Shown: positions 29,708 to 38,941, counted from the first letter of the stretch. The stretch is 64,000 bases of DNA from Dehalococcoidia bacterium (GCA_965221895.1 CBDCSX010000002.1:1595366-1659365); one strand, 5' to 3'. The notes: generated by a model not told the origin, from the letters alone. Made by a program: numbers and translations.

Positions 29708-30199
29708 TTGGAAGTCAACGACACACCATCGGCGCTGATGTCCCTGCCACAACTGGCCCGATACCTGGCCATGAAGGAGCGCACCATCTATGACTGGGCC
29801 CAATCAGGCAAAATCCCTGCGTTCAAGCTAGGCGCCACTTGGCGGTTCCGTCGGTCAGAGATAGACGCGTGGCTGGAGACTCAGCGGGTAGGAGTCGACG
29901 TCGCCTCTCTCCGCGCACCCCTGGTACCGCCGGTGCAACCCCCGTTGACGGCGTGGGAAGTTCGCCGGCAGAAGGAGGAAGCTCACCGGCAGCTAGTTGA
30001 GGCCTGCCGAAAGGAAATTGAGATGGTCATCCGCGACGAGAGCCGAAGCGTGTTTGTTATTGACCAATTTACCTACCAGTTCGGGGCCGACGTGGTAAGG
30101 GAAGTGGTGGAACAGCTTCGAAAGGAGAAGCTAATCACTGTTTCAGAGCACCGGGGACGAGACGGAGAGAAAGTCAAAGTTATTGGAAGGAGGAACTGA
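29708..30199 (+). CDS. Excisionase-family (AlpA/Xis-like HTH_17) DNA-binding protein with a C-terminal extension
   Basis: 'LPQLARYLAMKERTIYDWAQSGKIPAFKLGATWRFRRSEIDAWLE'. An AT-rich region containing the palindrome TGTCATATATTGACA lies upstream at 29625-29655. Confidence 0.65.
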   Translation: MEVNDTPSALMSLPQLARYLAMKERTIYDWAQSGKIPAFKLGATWRFRRSEIDAWLETQRVGVDVASLRAPLVPPVQPPLTAWEVRRQKEEAHRQLVEACRKEIEMVIRDESRSVFVIDQFTYQFGADVVREVVEQLRKEKLITVSEHRGRDGEKVKVIGRRN

Positions 30200-30200
30200 A

Positions 30201-30722
30201 GTGACATTTCTGGGATTAGGTAAGCCAAGGAAGCTCGAAGATCTCAAGATTGACGACCTCCGAAAGGAGCGAGCGCAGCAGGAGATAAAGCAGGATATTC
30301 TCTTGACGGCCTTGCGGCGGGCCCAAAAGGAGTACGACCGCCTGTTGGAGGTGGCGTCGGAGCCGGGGATAAACGATGCGGCAAGGAACGTGGCGGCCTA
30401 CCGGATGAGCCACGCCTCCAAGCGAAGGGGCAGGGCCGAGGCCGACCTGTGCCGGGTTATAACTCGAATGACTGTGCTGGATTCTGCCATCGACAACATC
30501 AGTATGAAGATGGACCTGCAGAAGCGCGGCGTTTGGAAACAGATCAACGACCTTGATAAGGAAACCTTGGTTGAGCAATTGGATGCCTTCGTCGTTAGGA
30601 CAAAAGCGGCAGACGACAAGTTAGAAGCCATGACTGAGGTGAACGTTGTCTTCCACCGTGGACCTGAATTCGACCGGGCCAGAGCCGCTATCGAGGAAGC
30701 GGCCAGCGAGAAGATCGACTAG
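30201..30722 (+). CDS. Coiled-coil hypothetical protein, with a GTG start 7 nt after GGAGG and 1 nt after the upstream stop
   Basis: Charged heptad-like sequence. Tight translational coupling to the genes on either side. Confidence 0.5.
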   Translation: MTFLGLGKPRKLEDLKIDDLRKERAQQEIKQDILLTALRRAQKEYDRLLEVASEPGINDAARNVAAYRMSHASKRRGRAEADLCRVITRMTVLDSAIDNISMKMDLQKRGVWKQINDLDKETLVEQLDAFVVRTKAADDKLEAMTEVNVVFHRGPEFDRARAAIEEAASEKID

Positions 30723-30742
30723 CTCGGAAGCGCGGACATCTC

Positions 30743-33259
30743 TTGAGACAGGAAGAACATGACACTTTAATCCTGCGTCCGGGCCGGCCCACTGGCGGGC
30801 TATTCGGCAAGTCGCTGACCGTCGGTCCCTACCAGGTTGGCATTGTCGTCCGGGACGGCGAACTGCAGCCTCCCTTCTCGGAAGGCACTAGAAGGCTGCC
30901 GAGAGGCCACGCGATGGAGACCTACGTGGCCTCAACAGCACCGTTCAATCTGGTCTTCTGGCTTGCCGACCCGGGCGATCCGGAAAGACCGGCGCAAGGA
31001 CTCTCGCTGGATCAGCCCGCACTCACCGCCGACGGACTGCCCGTCACAGGCCGTATGGAACTCACGCTATCCGTCACATCCGAGTATGCCGCCCGGCTGC
31101 TGCGACTGAGGAGAATGGGCCAACGCGAGATCAGGGCGAGCGACGTCTCCAACGCCATCAGGGGCGAACTGGTTGCCAAGGTGCTGGCTCTGGAACTGCA
31201 TCGCTACACGTCCGACGAGTTGCGGGGCAACCGAGCCCCTCTCCAAGACATACACGGCTCCATCAATACGGAGCTAGCCTCGACTATCTCGGGCTATGGC
31301 CTCCGTCTGGACAATTTCAACGTCAGCTGGGGCCTTACGCTCCAAGAACGGGAACATATCAAAGAGGCTCGGCACAGGAGCGCCATACGGGACATCGAGC
31401 GAGAGGGGGAGTTGGAGCAGGCCAGGTTGAGAGGGGAACCGGCAAGGAACGCCGAAACCATCGAACAAGCGCCGCCTCCGCGCAGCGAGACATCTGATGA
31501 ACCATCAACAGATGCAGATTCGAAGGATGGCGGACAGGGCTTCGGAGGGCCATCAGAGCCAGGCAACCAAGGAGTGCAACCGAGGGGAGCATGGGATCCC
31601 AAGTGGGTACTTGCGGTGGCCGTGGTGGCAATAGTCGGACTCGCTGGCGCATTGTTATATTTCACTAGCTTGGACTCATCCGGCGCTTCTCCGGAGGAGT
31701 CCTCCGTGACAACCGCGGAACCCATGCCGATACCGCTCCAAGACCACAACTGTCCCGACTTTGAAACGCAGTCGGAAGCCCAAGACTATTATGAGCGTGC
31801 GGGAGGTCCCGATTTAGACCCGCACCGACTTGATGACGACGGCGACGGCATCGCCTGCGAAGGATTTTTTTCAGATAGATTGCCCACAGACTCGCCGCCA
31901 TCTTCAACCAGGTCCGACACCCCGACTCCTGCGCCCACTGCCGCTTCAACGGCCACACCGCCAGTTGCATCGCAGCCAATAATCATCAATGTGTCCATAC
32001 CTTCGCCAATGCAGACACCAACCGCTGTGCCGTCGCCTACGGTCACACTCAATCCAACGACTGTGCCAACCGCCGTGCCGACACCAGCGGTTACACCCAA
32101 TCCAACGGCTGCACCAACCCCCGTATCGATACCCACACCCAAGTCGTCAGAACGTACAAGGGGCGATTTGTCGTGCTTTGTACCAGAATGCTCTCGGCGC
32201 TCAGATCCGCTCAAAGACTCTTTCGACAACTTTTTGGTAGAAGCCACGTTTGTCAACCCAACTAGCACGGACGAATTCAAGTATGGCTTCACCATCGACG
32301 GCACGTTCAATAATAACGTCTCCGAGCAGATTGAGATCAGGATAACCAACGACCGGACTTGGAGGGCGTTCATCCGAAAGGTCTACCATGAATCCGCACC
32401 GGTCAACATAGACCGACGACAAATCGAAATTGACGGCGGGGAGATACCCTATCCAATCGTGAACACCAGCGCTGGAGGTTCCAACAAACTAGAGGCAACT
32501 ATTGTTGGAGACGAAGGGTGCCTTTATGTAAATTCTATTCTTATTTCCTGCTTCGACATCTCAGGCCGCTCCCTGACGAGGGGGATACTCGTATCTTCTG
32601 AGAAAGGAGATGTCCGGTATAACGGCTTTAGAGCAAGGGAAGCGATGGCAGGAACTGAGGGGCCGCTTGCGACCCCAAGTCCCACGCCCACGCCCGCATC
32701 AATACCAACTCCCATGTCGGCAGAACGTGCCAGGGGTGACTTGTCCTGCTCAGTGTCAGAATGTGCGCAACGCTCAGATCCACTCGGCATCTCGTTCGCC
32801 AACTTTTTGGTTGAGGCCACGTTCTTCAATCCGACCAGTATGGAATCATTCAAGTATGGCTTCACAATCAAAGGTGCGTCCCAGGATGACATCATTGAAA
32901 GGATTGAGATCAGGGTCGCCAACGACCGAACCTGGAGAGCGTACATCCAAAAGTCCTCCCATGAGTCCTTTCCCGTCAATTTAGATCATCGGCAAATAGA
33001 AATTAGCGGCGGGGAGATACCCGTTCCATTCGTCGACACTAACGTCGGAGGCTCCAATCGGCTCGAGGCAACCGTTCTTGGTGACGAAGGGTGCCTCTAC
33101 GTCAATGGCATTTTCATTTCCTGCTTCGACCTGTCCAACCGCGCCTTTACGAGGGACATAGCCGTATCTTCTATGCAAGGTGACGTCCTGTATACCGGCT
33201 TCAGAGCAAGGGAAGCGCTGGCAGGAACTGAGTGGCCGCTTTCCACGCCCCCTCCATAG
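30743..33259 (+). CDS. Multidomain membrane protein: N-terminal SPFH/band-7-like domain, TM helix (~aa 287-306), Excalibur Ca-binding domain, Pro/Thr linker, and 2 tandem copies of an uncharacterised ~150-aa domain
   Basis: Excalibur 'CPDFETQSEAQDYYERAGGPDLDPHRLDDDGDGIACE'. SPFH-like 'ETYVASTAPFNLVFWLADP...SNAIRGELVAKV'. Repeated domain 'LVEATF(V/F)NPTS..FKYGFTI...GCLYVN.I.ISCFD(I/L)S' at aa ~535-690 and ~715-835. Confidence 0.6.
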   Translation: MRQEEHDTLILRPGRPTGGLFGKSLTVGPYQVGIVVRDGELQPPFSEGTRRLPRGHAMETYVASTAPFNLVFWLADPGDPERPAQGLSLDQPALTADGLPVTGRMELTLSVTSEYAARLLRLRRMGQREIRASDVSNAIRGELVAKVLALELHRYTSDELRGNRAPLQDIHGSINTELASTISGYGLRLDNFNVSWGLTLQEREHIKEARHRSAIRDIEREGELEQARLRGEPARNAETIEQAPPPRSETSDEPSTDADSKDGGQGFGGPSEPGNQGVQPRGAWDPKWVLAVAVVAIVGLAGALLYFTSLDSSGASPEESSVTTAEPMPIPLQDHNCPDFETQSEAQDYYERAGGPDLDPHRLDDDGDGIACEGFFSDRLPTDSPPSSTRSDTPTPAPTAASTATPPVASQPIIINVSIPSPMQTPTAVPSPTVTLNPTTVPTAVPTPAVTPNPTAAPTPVSIPTPKSSERTRGDLSCFVPECSRRSDPLKDSFDNFLVEATFVNPTSTDEFKYGFTIDGTFNNNVSEQIEIRITNDRTWRAFIRKVYHESAPVNIDRRQIEIDGGEIPYPIVNTSAGGSNKLEATIVGDEGCLYVNSILISCFDISGRSLTRGILVSSEKGDVRYNGFRAREAMAGTEGPLATPSPTPTPASIPTPMSAERARGDLSCSVSECAQRSDPLGISFANFLVEATFFNPTSMESFKYGFTIKGASQDDIIERIEIRVANDRTWRAYIQKSSHESFPVNLDHRQIEISGGEIPVPFVDTNVGGSNRLEATVLGDEGCLYVNGIFISCFDLSNRAFTRDIAVSSMQGDVLYTGFRAREALAGTEWPLSTPPP

Positions 33260-33270
33260 CCCAATCTCTA

Positions 33271-33370
33271 GACCCCAACCAGTATCCTGTAGGCATTGAG
33301 TACGTGCGATCAACGGATGCTTCAGCGTGTCGGAGGGCGGTTTGCGGGGGAGACGGCGGGTGGGGGGGAA
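33271..33370 (+). pseudogene. Orphan, frameshifted ~95-bp copy of the D-aminoacylase 3' end (corresponding to 29436-29530)
   Basis: 'gaccccaaccagtatcctgtaggcattgagtacgtgcg-atcaacggatgc...' is ~80% identical to the gene end. The differences are mostly synonymous, plus a 1-nt deletion. Confidence 0.7.
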
Positions 33371-33448
33371 CAAGGCAAAGCAACGCCCCGGCAGGCAACT
33401 TAGCCGCCAACTTTGATTCCACCCGATCCTTCGGTGTATGATAGGTGT

Positions 33449-33652
33449 ATGGTACGCACCAACGTAGATATCGACGATCGGGCGTGCGCCGAGGTGATGC
33501 GGCGATATCAGCTATCCACCAAGCGCGAGGCGGTCAATTTTGCCCTCCGCACCCTGGCTGCGGAGTCCCTATCCTTAGCTGAGGCCCGCAACCTCCGCGG
33601 CATCGGCTGGGAGGGCGACCTGGACGTAATGCGGTCTTCATCCTCGCCGTGA
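33449..33652 (+). CDS. vapB: VapB-family antitoxin
   Basis: 'MVRTNVDIDDRACAEVMRRYQLSTKREAVNFALRTLAAE' with a 4-bp overlap onto the PIN gene. Confidence 0.75.
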   Translation: MVRTNVDIDDRACAEVMRRYQLSTKREAVNFALRTLAAESLSLAEARNLRGIGWEGDLDVMRSSSSP

Positions 33653-34044
33653 TTCTGGTCGACTCCTCAGCCTGGATAGAGTTTCTTCGAGACACGGGAT
33701 CTACGGTCTGCGAGGCGGTGGACCGGTTGCTAGGACAGGAGGTGGCCGTCTGCGACGTCATTAGCATGGAGATCCTCGCCGGCGCTCGTGACGAATCGCA
33801 CTTGGCAAGCCTACGACGCCTGCTAGCCAGGGCCGCCATGATCCGTACGAGGCCAACGGACTATGAAGACGCTGCTGCGCTCTATCGTCGCTGCCGCCGG
33901 GGAGGAGAGACCGTTCGCAAGCTGGTCGACTGTCTCATCGCCTCGGTAGCCATACGCGCTGGTGTGGCCGTTCTGCACCAGGATGCTGATTTCGACACCC
34001 TAGCCCGTCATACGAAACTGCAAGTGCACCAATCCAATCCTTAA
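33649..34044 (+). CDS. vapC: VapC PIN-domain toxin
   Basis: 'MILVDSSAWIEFLRDTGS...CDVISMEILAGAR...DCLIASVAIRAGVAVLHQDADF' PIN acidic residues. Confidence 0.8.
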   Translation: MILVDSSAWIEFLRDTGSTVCEAVDRLLGQEVAVCDVISMEILAGARDESHLASLRRLLARAAMIRTRPTDYEDAAALYRRCRRGGETVRKLVDCLIASVAIRAGVAVLHQDADFDTLARHTKLQVHQSNP

Positions 34045-34134
34045 AGGCTTCTTACCCCTGATTGACAGCCTCCGTCAATTCTGATGCAATAGGGGCGGTA
34101 TCCATACTTTCAAATTAGGAAAGGAGGCGCCGCT

Positions 34135-35148
34135 ATGACAAACACTTTCGTATACGTTGGACTCGGCACGGAAGGAGGCGACGAAGGCCACGGCCTCTAC
34201 CGCCGCTCACTCGACGGCGACTCTTGGGAGCTTAAGGTTGACGGACTTCCTCCCGACCCTGAGATCCGCGTCATCGCCATCGCGCCCAACGACCCCGCAG
34301 TCATCTACGCCGGCGCGCAGGACGGCCTCTACCGCAGCAGCGATCGCGGAGACTCCTGGGAGAAGATGACCCTGCCGGGCGAACTCGTGCCCGTCTGGTC
34401 CGTTGCCTTCCATCCTCACAACCCCCGCGTCGTCTACGCCGGCGGCGAAGAAACCAAGCTCTACGTATCCGAAGACGGCGGCGAAAGCTGGGAGCTAATG
34501 CCCATCAGCGCCACCTTCCCATCGGTTACTACCACCCCTCGCCAGATGCCGAAGCGGGTCCTTGGCATTTCCCTAGACCCGGACCATCCGTCCGACATGT
34601 ACGCCGCCATCGAGGTGGGCGGGCTACTCAAGAGCACCGACGGCGGAGCCACCTGGGAGAGCGTCAGCGAAGGACATTACCAGAACGACGACCCCGTGGA
34701 CATGCACAGCGTGTTGGTCAGCAGCCACCGGCCCCGCCACATCTCCACCATCTCCCGCATCGGCCTCTCCAGAAGCACCGACGGCGGCGACCACTGGTCC
34801 CCCGGCAGAATTCAGATGCTCAGTCAGCGGGGCACCTACTGTCGGGTGATTCGGGAAGACCCCCAGGACCCCGACACCCTCTACGTGGGCGCTGGACCGG
34901 AGTTCAGAGGAACCCCAGGCGCGCTGTTTCGCAGTCGGGACGGGGGCGACAGTTGGAACCAAGTAGACATGGGCCTCACGCTGAATTCCACCCTCTTCGG
35001 ATTCGCCATCAACGCTGCCGACCCGAGCCAGATGTACGGGGCCACCCGTAACGGACAGGTAGTGGGCACTCGCGACGGAGGGCAAACGTGGGAAGACCAC
35101 TCGCTGCCCCAGGGAGTCAGCGAAGTCAACGCCCTGGCTATCGGCTAG
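34135..35148 (+). CDS. BNR/Asp-box repeat beta-propeller protein (sialidase-like / Ycf48-like fold), cytoplasmic
   Basis: Six S-x-D-x-G-x-(S/T)-W repeats (SSDRGDSWEK, SEDGGESWEL, STDGGATWES, STDGGDHWSP, SRDGGDSWNQ, TRDGGQTWED). Confidence 0.7.
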   Translation: MTNTFVYVGLGTEGGDEGHGLYRRSLDGDSWELKVDGLPPDPEIRVIAIAPNDPAVIYAGAQDGLYRSSDRGDSWEKMTLPGELVPVWSVAFHPHNPRVVYAGGEETKLYVSEDGGESWELMPISATFPSVTTTPRQMPKRVLGISLDPDHPSDMYAAIEVGGLLKSTDGGATWESVSEGHYQNDDPVDMHSVLVSSHRPRHISTISRIGLSRSTDGGDHWSPGRIQMLSQRGTYCRVIREDPQDPDTLYVGAGPEFRGTPGALFRSRDGGDSWNQVDMGLTLNSTLFGFAINAADPSQMYGATRNGQVVGTRDGGQTWEDHSLPQGVSEVNALAIG

Positions 35149-35300
35149 AATTGGGCTGCCTAGTGTCGAAAGCCACCACCCTACCTATAGCATCAGACAC
35201 CAACATCGCAGAGGCGGGATCGCACTACGCCGCCTACTGCGCTTGGGCCAATTAGCGGCCGGGAATTCCCGCCAAAACTTAATCTGTTAGGAGAATCAGA

Positions 35301-36542
35301 ATGTCCATCCCCGCCACAACGGTTATCAAAGCCAAGGCAGTCATCGACGGCACAAGCGACAAGCCACTGGAGCACGCCGCCGTCATCGTCGAGGGAGACA
35401 CCATCAAAGAGGTGGTCCAGGGAGATTTTTCAGGTCTGCCCAGTGGTCCGCACGTACGAACCCTTGATTACCCGGAGGGATACCTGCTGCCGGGGATGGT
35501 GGACGCCCACACCCACCTGATCTTCGGGGAATTCGGCTCCTCTTACGAGGAGGTAATGGAAAACGACTCCGACCAGATACTGCTGCTGAGGGCCGCCAGG
35601 AACGCCCTAACCCATCTCCACGCCGGCGTGACGACCATGCGGGAGAACGGGGCCCGCAACCGCGTGACCTTCGACCTACGGGAGGGGGCACGCCGAGGGT
35701 ACACCACCACCCCCCGCCTCTACCTCTGCGGACGACCCGTTACCCTCACAGGGGGGCATTTCTACTGGTGCAACCAGGAGGCCGACGGTGAAGACGGGGT
35801 GCGCGCCGCCGTGAGAGAGCTTGTCAAGGACGGCGCGGACCACATCAAGATCATGGCATCCGGCGGAGGCACGGCTATAACCGACAACCGCAGGACTTCC
35901 TACAGTGTCGAAGAGCTGCGGGCCATAGTCGACGAAGCCCATAACTTCGGCAAGCTCACAACCGCCCACTGCCTGGCCACTGAGAGTCTGACAAACGCCC
36001 TGGAAGCGGGGGTAGACATGATCGAGCACGCCGGATTCATCGAGCCAGACGGCTCCTTCAAGTTCGACCAACACATCGCCGAGCGCATCGCCGAACAGGG
36101 TGTATACGTCAGCCCGACGGTGCAGACGGGGTACCGCCAGCGGGAGTCGCTGGTGGCCAAGGAGTTGGAGCGCCCGCTGACCGCGGAGGAACAGGGCCGG
36201 TTGGACGGCCTCAAGGCCAAGTGCGAAAGCCAGATGGAGTTTCTGGGGCGGATGTGGACGGAATGCGGCATCAGCATCATCTCCGGCACCGACGCCATTC
36301 AAATCTTCGGCGACTACTGCCTGGGGCTAGAGCTTATGGCCGAATCCGGCATGAGCAACATGGACGTCATCCGCGCTTCTACCAGCGTGGCGGCCAAGTC
36401 CATCGGCGCAGGAGACATCTTCGGCAGCTTGACGCCGGGCATGGGCGCAGACATGGTCGTGGTAGACAAGGACCCGGTGGAGGACATTCGCGCCCTTCGC
36501 TCCATGACCATGGTCATGCGGGCCGGAGAGCAGATAGTCTAG
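35301..36542 (+). CDS. Amidohydrolase family metal-dependent hydrolase
   Basis: 'GYLLPGMVDAHTHL' metal-binding HxH motif and overall amidohydrolase_1 layout. Confidence 0.75.
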   Translation: MSIPATTVIKAKAVIDGTSDKPLEHAAVIVEGDTIKEVVQGDFSGLPSGPHVRTLDYPEGYLLPGMVDAHTHLIFGEFGSSYEEVMENDSDQILLLRAARNALTHLHAGVTTMRENGARNRVTFDLREGARRGYTTTPRLYLCGRPVTLTGGHFYWCNQEADGEDGVRAAVRELVKDGADHIKIMASGGGTAITDNRRTSYSVEELRAIVDEAHNFGKLTTAHCLATESLTNALEAGVDMIEHAGFIEPDGSFKFDQHIAERIAEQGVYVSPTVQTGYRQRESLVAKELERPLTAEEQGRLDGLKAKCESQMEFLGRMWTECGISIISGTDAIQIFGDYCLGLELMAESGMSNMDVIRASTSVAAKSIGAGDIFGSLTPGMGADMVVVDKDPVEDIRALRSMTMVMRAGEQIV

Positions 36543-36573
36543 CCCCACACCCTACAGGCGGAATAAACCACTC

Positions 36574-36607
36574 CAGTAAGGGCAGGTCTAAAACCTGCCC
36601 TTACTGG
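36574..36607. terminator. Bidirectional terminator hairpin between the amidohydrolase gene (+) and the MFS gene (-)
   Basis: 14-bp perfect stem 'ccagtaagggcagg'/'cctgcccttactgg' with a tctaaaa loop. Confidence 0.55.
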
Positions 36608-36618
36608 ACCTGCCCTTG

Positions 36619-37836
36619 CTATTGCTTTCGCCTTCGGGATAATTGGGATCGGGGGCCTGTCTCCGGCACCATCAGCCCCACCACCAGCAGGCCCCAGGAA
36701 AGCACCGCCCACAGCATGAAGCCGGGGACGAACGACCCCAGCCAGTCCGTCATGAACCCTACCGACATGGGGCCTACGATGGCAATCCCGCTGGCCACGG
36801 CGAACATCGTCGCCCATGCCACCGCCACCTGTCCTTCCGACAAGCCCTTCATCTCCATAGGAATTGTCATCAACACGGGCAGATAGATAAAGCTGGCGAC
36901 GCCCAATGCAACAATCGCGACGTATATGACCGCTTCGTTCTGGAAGAGGAAGCAACCCATCCCCGCCAGGCCCACCACTGCGCCTGGAATCACCAGGAAG
37001 GGCTTTCGCACCCCCAATCGCGCACTAAGAAACCCGCCCGTCAGCGACGCCACGACTCCCACTATAGAAATCAGGCCCACTACCGAGCCCGCCTTCGTGA
37101 GCGACATTCCAAAGACCTCGTTGTAGTAGGTGGGAAGCCAGGTTGTCAACGCCAGATTCTGGGCGAATGCCGCGCCGTCGGCCAGCCCCAGCAGCAGTAT
37201 CGTCTTGGAGCGAACAGACCTCGCCATTTCGCGGATGGACACCCTTCGCATCTTCCCTTCTGCGGCGGGCGGCGGCACCCTGCCAAAGGCCACCCAAACC
37301 GCCCCAACCACCAGCATCGCCGCCCCGAAAACCATAAGCGTCGACTGCCATCCAATGGCCGAAGACAACGGCCCGGAGGCGAAGGTACCTATGCCAATGC
37401 CCAGGATGAAGAAGGTCATGTGCAGGCTGTTCATCAGCGGCAGCTCCCTCGCGCTGAACCAGCGCATGAGGATGGGCGCCGTAGCCGGCATGATTAGCAC
37501 GAAGGCCAGAGCGTGCACCAGTCGCAGCGAAAGCAGGACTAAGAAGTGGTCCGCCAGGAAAGTTAGGCCCATGGCGGCGGCAACCACGCATCCGATAGCG
37601 AATACGAGCTTCAGGGGCGCCTTGGCGACCAAAATGCCCCCGGGTATGACGAACAAGGCTTGCGTTATCAGCACGCCGGACATGAGGAAGCTGGCGGCCC
37701 CACGGCTAACCTGGTACTCATCGATGATGAGGGGCATGATGGGGGTTACGACGGAGAAGTTGGCGGAATAGAAAAGATTAAAAAGCAGGATTATCCCTGC
37801 TATGACGAATCGATATCGGCTCTTCTTTGGGTCCAA
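36619..37836 (-). CDS. MFS transporter
   Basis: 12-TM hydrophobicity pattern. The other five ORFs on this interval are antisense or frame artefacts. Confidence 0.7.
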   Translation of the reverse strand: MDPKKSRYRFVIAGIILLFNLFYSANFSVVTPIMPLIIDEYQVSRGAASFLMSGVLITQALFVIPGGILVAKAPLKLVFAIGCVVAAAMGLTFLADHFLVLLSLRLVHALAFVLIMPATAPILMRWFSARELPLMNSLHMTFFILGIGIGTFASGPLSSAIGWQSTLMVFGAAMLVVGAVWVAFGRVPPPAAEGKMRRVSIREMARSVRSKTILLLGLADGAAFAQNLALTTWLPTYYNEVFGMSLTKAGSVVGLISIVGVVASLTGGFLSARLGVRKPFLVIPGAVVGLAGMGCFLFQNEAVIYVAIVALGVASFIYLPVLMTIPMEMKGLSEGQVAVAWATMFAVASGIAIVGPMSVGFMTDWLGSFVPGFMLWAVLSWGLLVVGLMVPETGPRSQLSRRRKQ

Positions 37837-37960
37837 CTTATTTCCAATGGAGGCGCACCCTTCGTGCTTTCTGCCGTAGGGGGAGACTATCTTAGACGGG
37901 TTGGGTGGAGTTTGTCATTCCGAAGGGGCACCGGAAGGAGAAGGGGAGGGCGGGTTTCAA

Positions 37961-38131
37961 GAGCCTGTTTCAGAAGTAGCAACCAAGTCATTGAGCTCGT
38001 TCGTTCACAACGGCATAAGGCGGAAACAGCATATCTACTAGTCGTATATCGCAGCATTTGTGGATATGGTTACGCCTGTCGTCACGCCCTTTTGCCGCGG
38101 ACAGACGCGCGGGAACTTTTGAAACAGGCTC
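37961..38131. mobile_element. MITE copy 3 (171 bp) with 17-22-bp terminal inverted repeats GAGCCTGTTTCAGAAGT / ACTTTTGAAACAGGCTC
   Basis: TIRs read directly. There is no ORF, and the element belongs to the same family as the copies at 50956-51125 and 51534-51705. Confidence 0.65.
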
Positions 38132-38135
38132 TTCA

Positions 38136-38240
38136 AACCAGCGCCTACGGGTGGGGGTCTTGCCATCGGATAAACCGTCTACGCAATAGGCGGGAAAAGG
38201 GCGGTTCGCGAACCACGCCTACCAGATGGGGGGCAATATC
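38136..38240. repeat. Left ~105-bp direct repeat flanking brnTA; contains the REP-like palindrome
   Basis: ~88% identical to 38942-39050. Confidence 0.7.
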
Positions 38241-38320
38241 ATCGTGCGTATCCGGACAAACATTGACTTTTGGTATGTCCTGTAACTACAACTTTGTAAT
38301 ATGGTGAAGGGCGACTGTAT

Positions 38321-38611
38321 TTGCGTTGGACTTGGAACCAGGCCGAGGATCGGGGGAATCTTGGAGCACACGGCCTCGACTTCAATGCAGCAGCGCTTGT
38401 GTTTGACGATCCTATGTCTGCGACGCGGGAAGACCCATATCCACATGAGCAAAGGTGGCGAACAATGGGCGTGTTAGGAAATCAAGTCTTAATGGTAGTC
38501 CACACATGGCCCGCCTTTGACGAAGAGACTGGCGAAGCTATCGGCCGCATCATCTCCGCACGCAAGGCGACGAGTTATGAAAGGATGGCTTATGAAGAAG
38601 GACTTGACTGA
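38321..38611 (+). CDS. brnT: BrnT toxin (RelE-like ribonuclease, DUF497)
   Basis: 'FDDPMSATREDPYPHEQRWRTMGVLGNQVLMVVHTW....RIISARKATSYERMAYEE'. Confidence 0.75.
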   Translation: MRWTWNQAEDRGNLGAHGLDFNAAALVFDDPMSATREDPYPHEQRWRTMGVLGNQVLMVVHTWPAFDEETGEAIGRIISARKATSYERMAYEEGLD

Positions 38612-38882
38612 GTTGCCGTCAGACGTTCAAGCGCAGTTACGGGACTTAGAAGCTCTGCCGGACGACCAGATTGATACAACCGACGCCCCAGAGATTCTCG
38701 ACTGGACCGATGCCAGGCGCGGGGTGTTCTACCGGCCTATAAAGCAACAGATTACGCTAAGGCTCGATGCAGACGTCATAGCCTGGTTCAAGGCCCATGC
38801 TCGTAACGGTCGTGGGTATCAAACAAACATCAATGGAGCGCTTCGCGCGCACGTACAGCGGTCGGCTCGTTCGGTAAGGTAA
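38592..38882 (+). CDS. brnA: BrnA antitoxin. The start was moved to the ATG at 38592, which follows an AAGGA RBS and overlaps the brnT end.
   Basis: C-terminal 'ITLRLDADVIAWFKAHARNGRGYQTNINGALRAHV' BrnA/CopG-like region. Confidence 0.7.
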   Translation: MKKDLTELPSDVQAQLRDLEALPDDQIDTTDAPEILDWTDARRGVFYRPIKQQITLRLDADVIAWFKAHARNGRGYQTNINGALRAHVQRSARSVR

Positions 38883-38941
38883 TCTTGACCGTCGTGTCGA
38901 GCCACCGGTCGCCATGGAACTTGCGGAGATGGCGGGTTTGA

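Noticed and set aside
36221-37771. Several long plus-strand ORFs (36221..36886, 36643..37497, 37130..37771)
   Set aside because: They overlap the minus-strand MFS transporter and the end of the amidohydrolase gene, and their Arg/His/Pro-rich translations are not protein-like.
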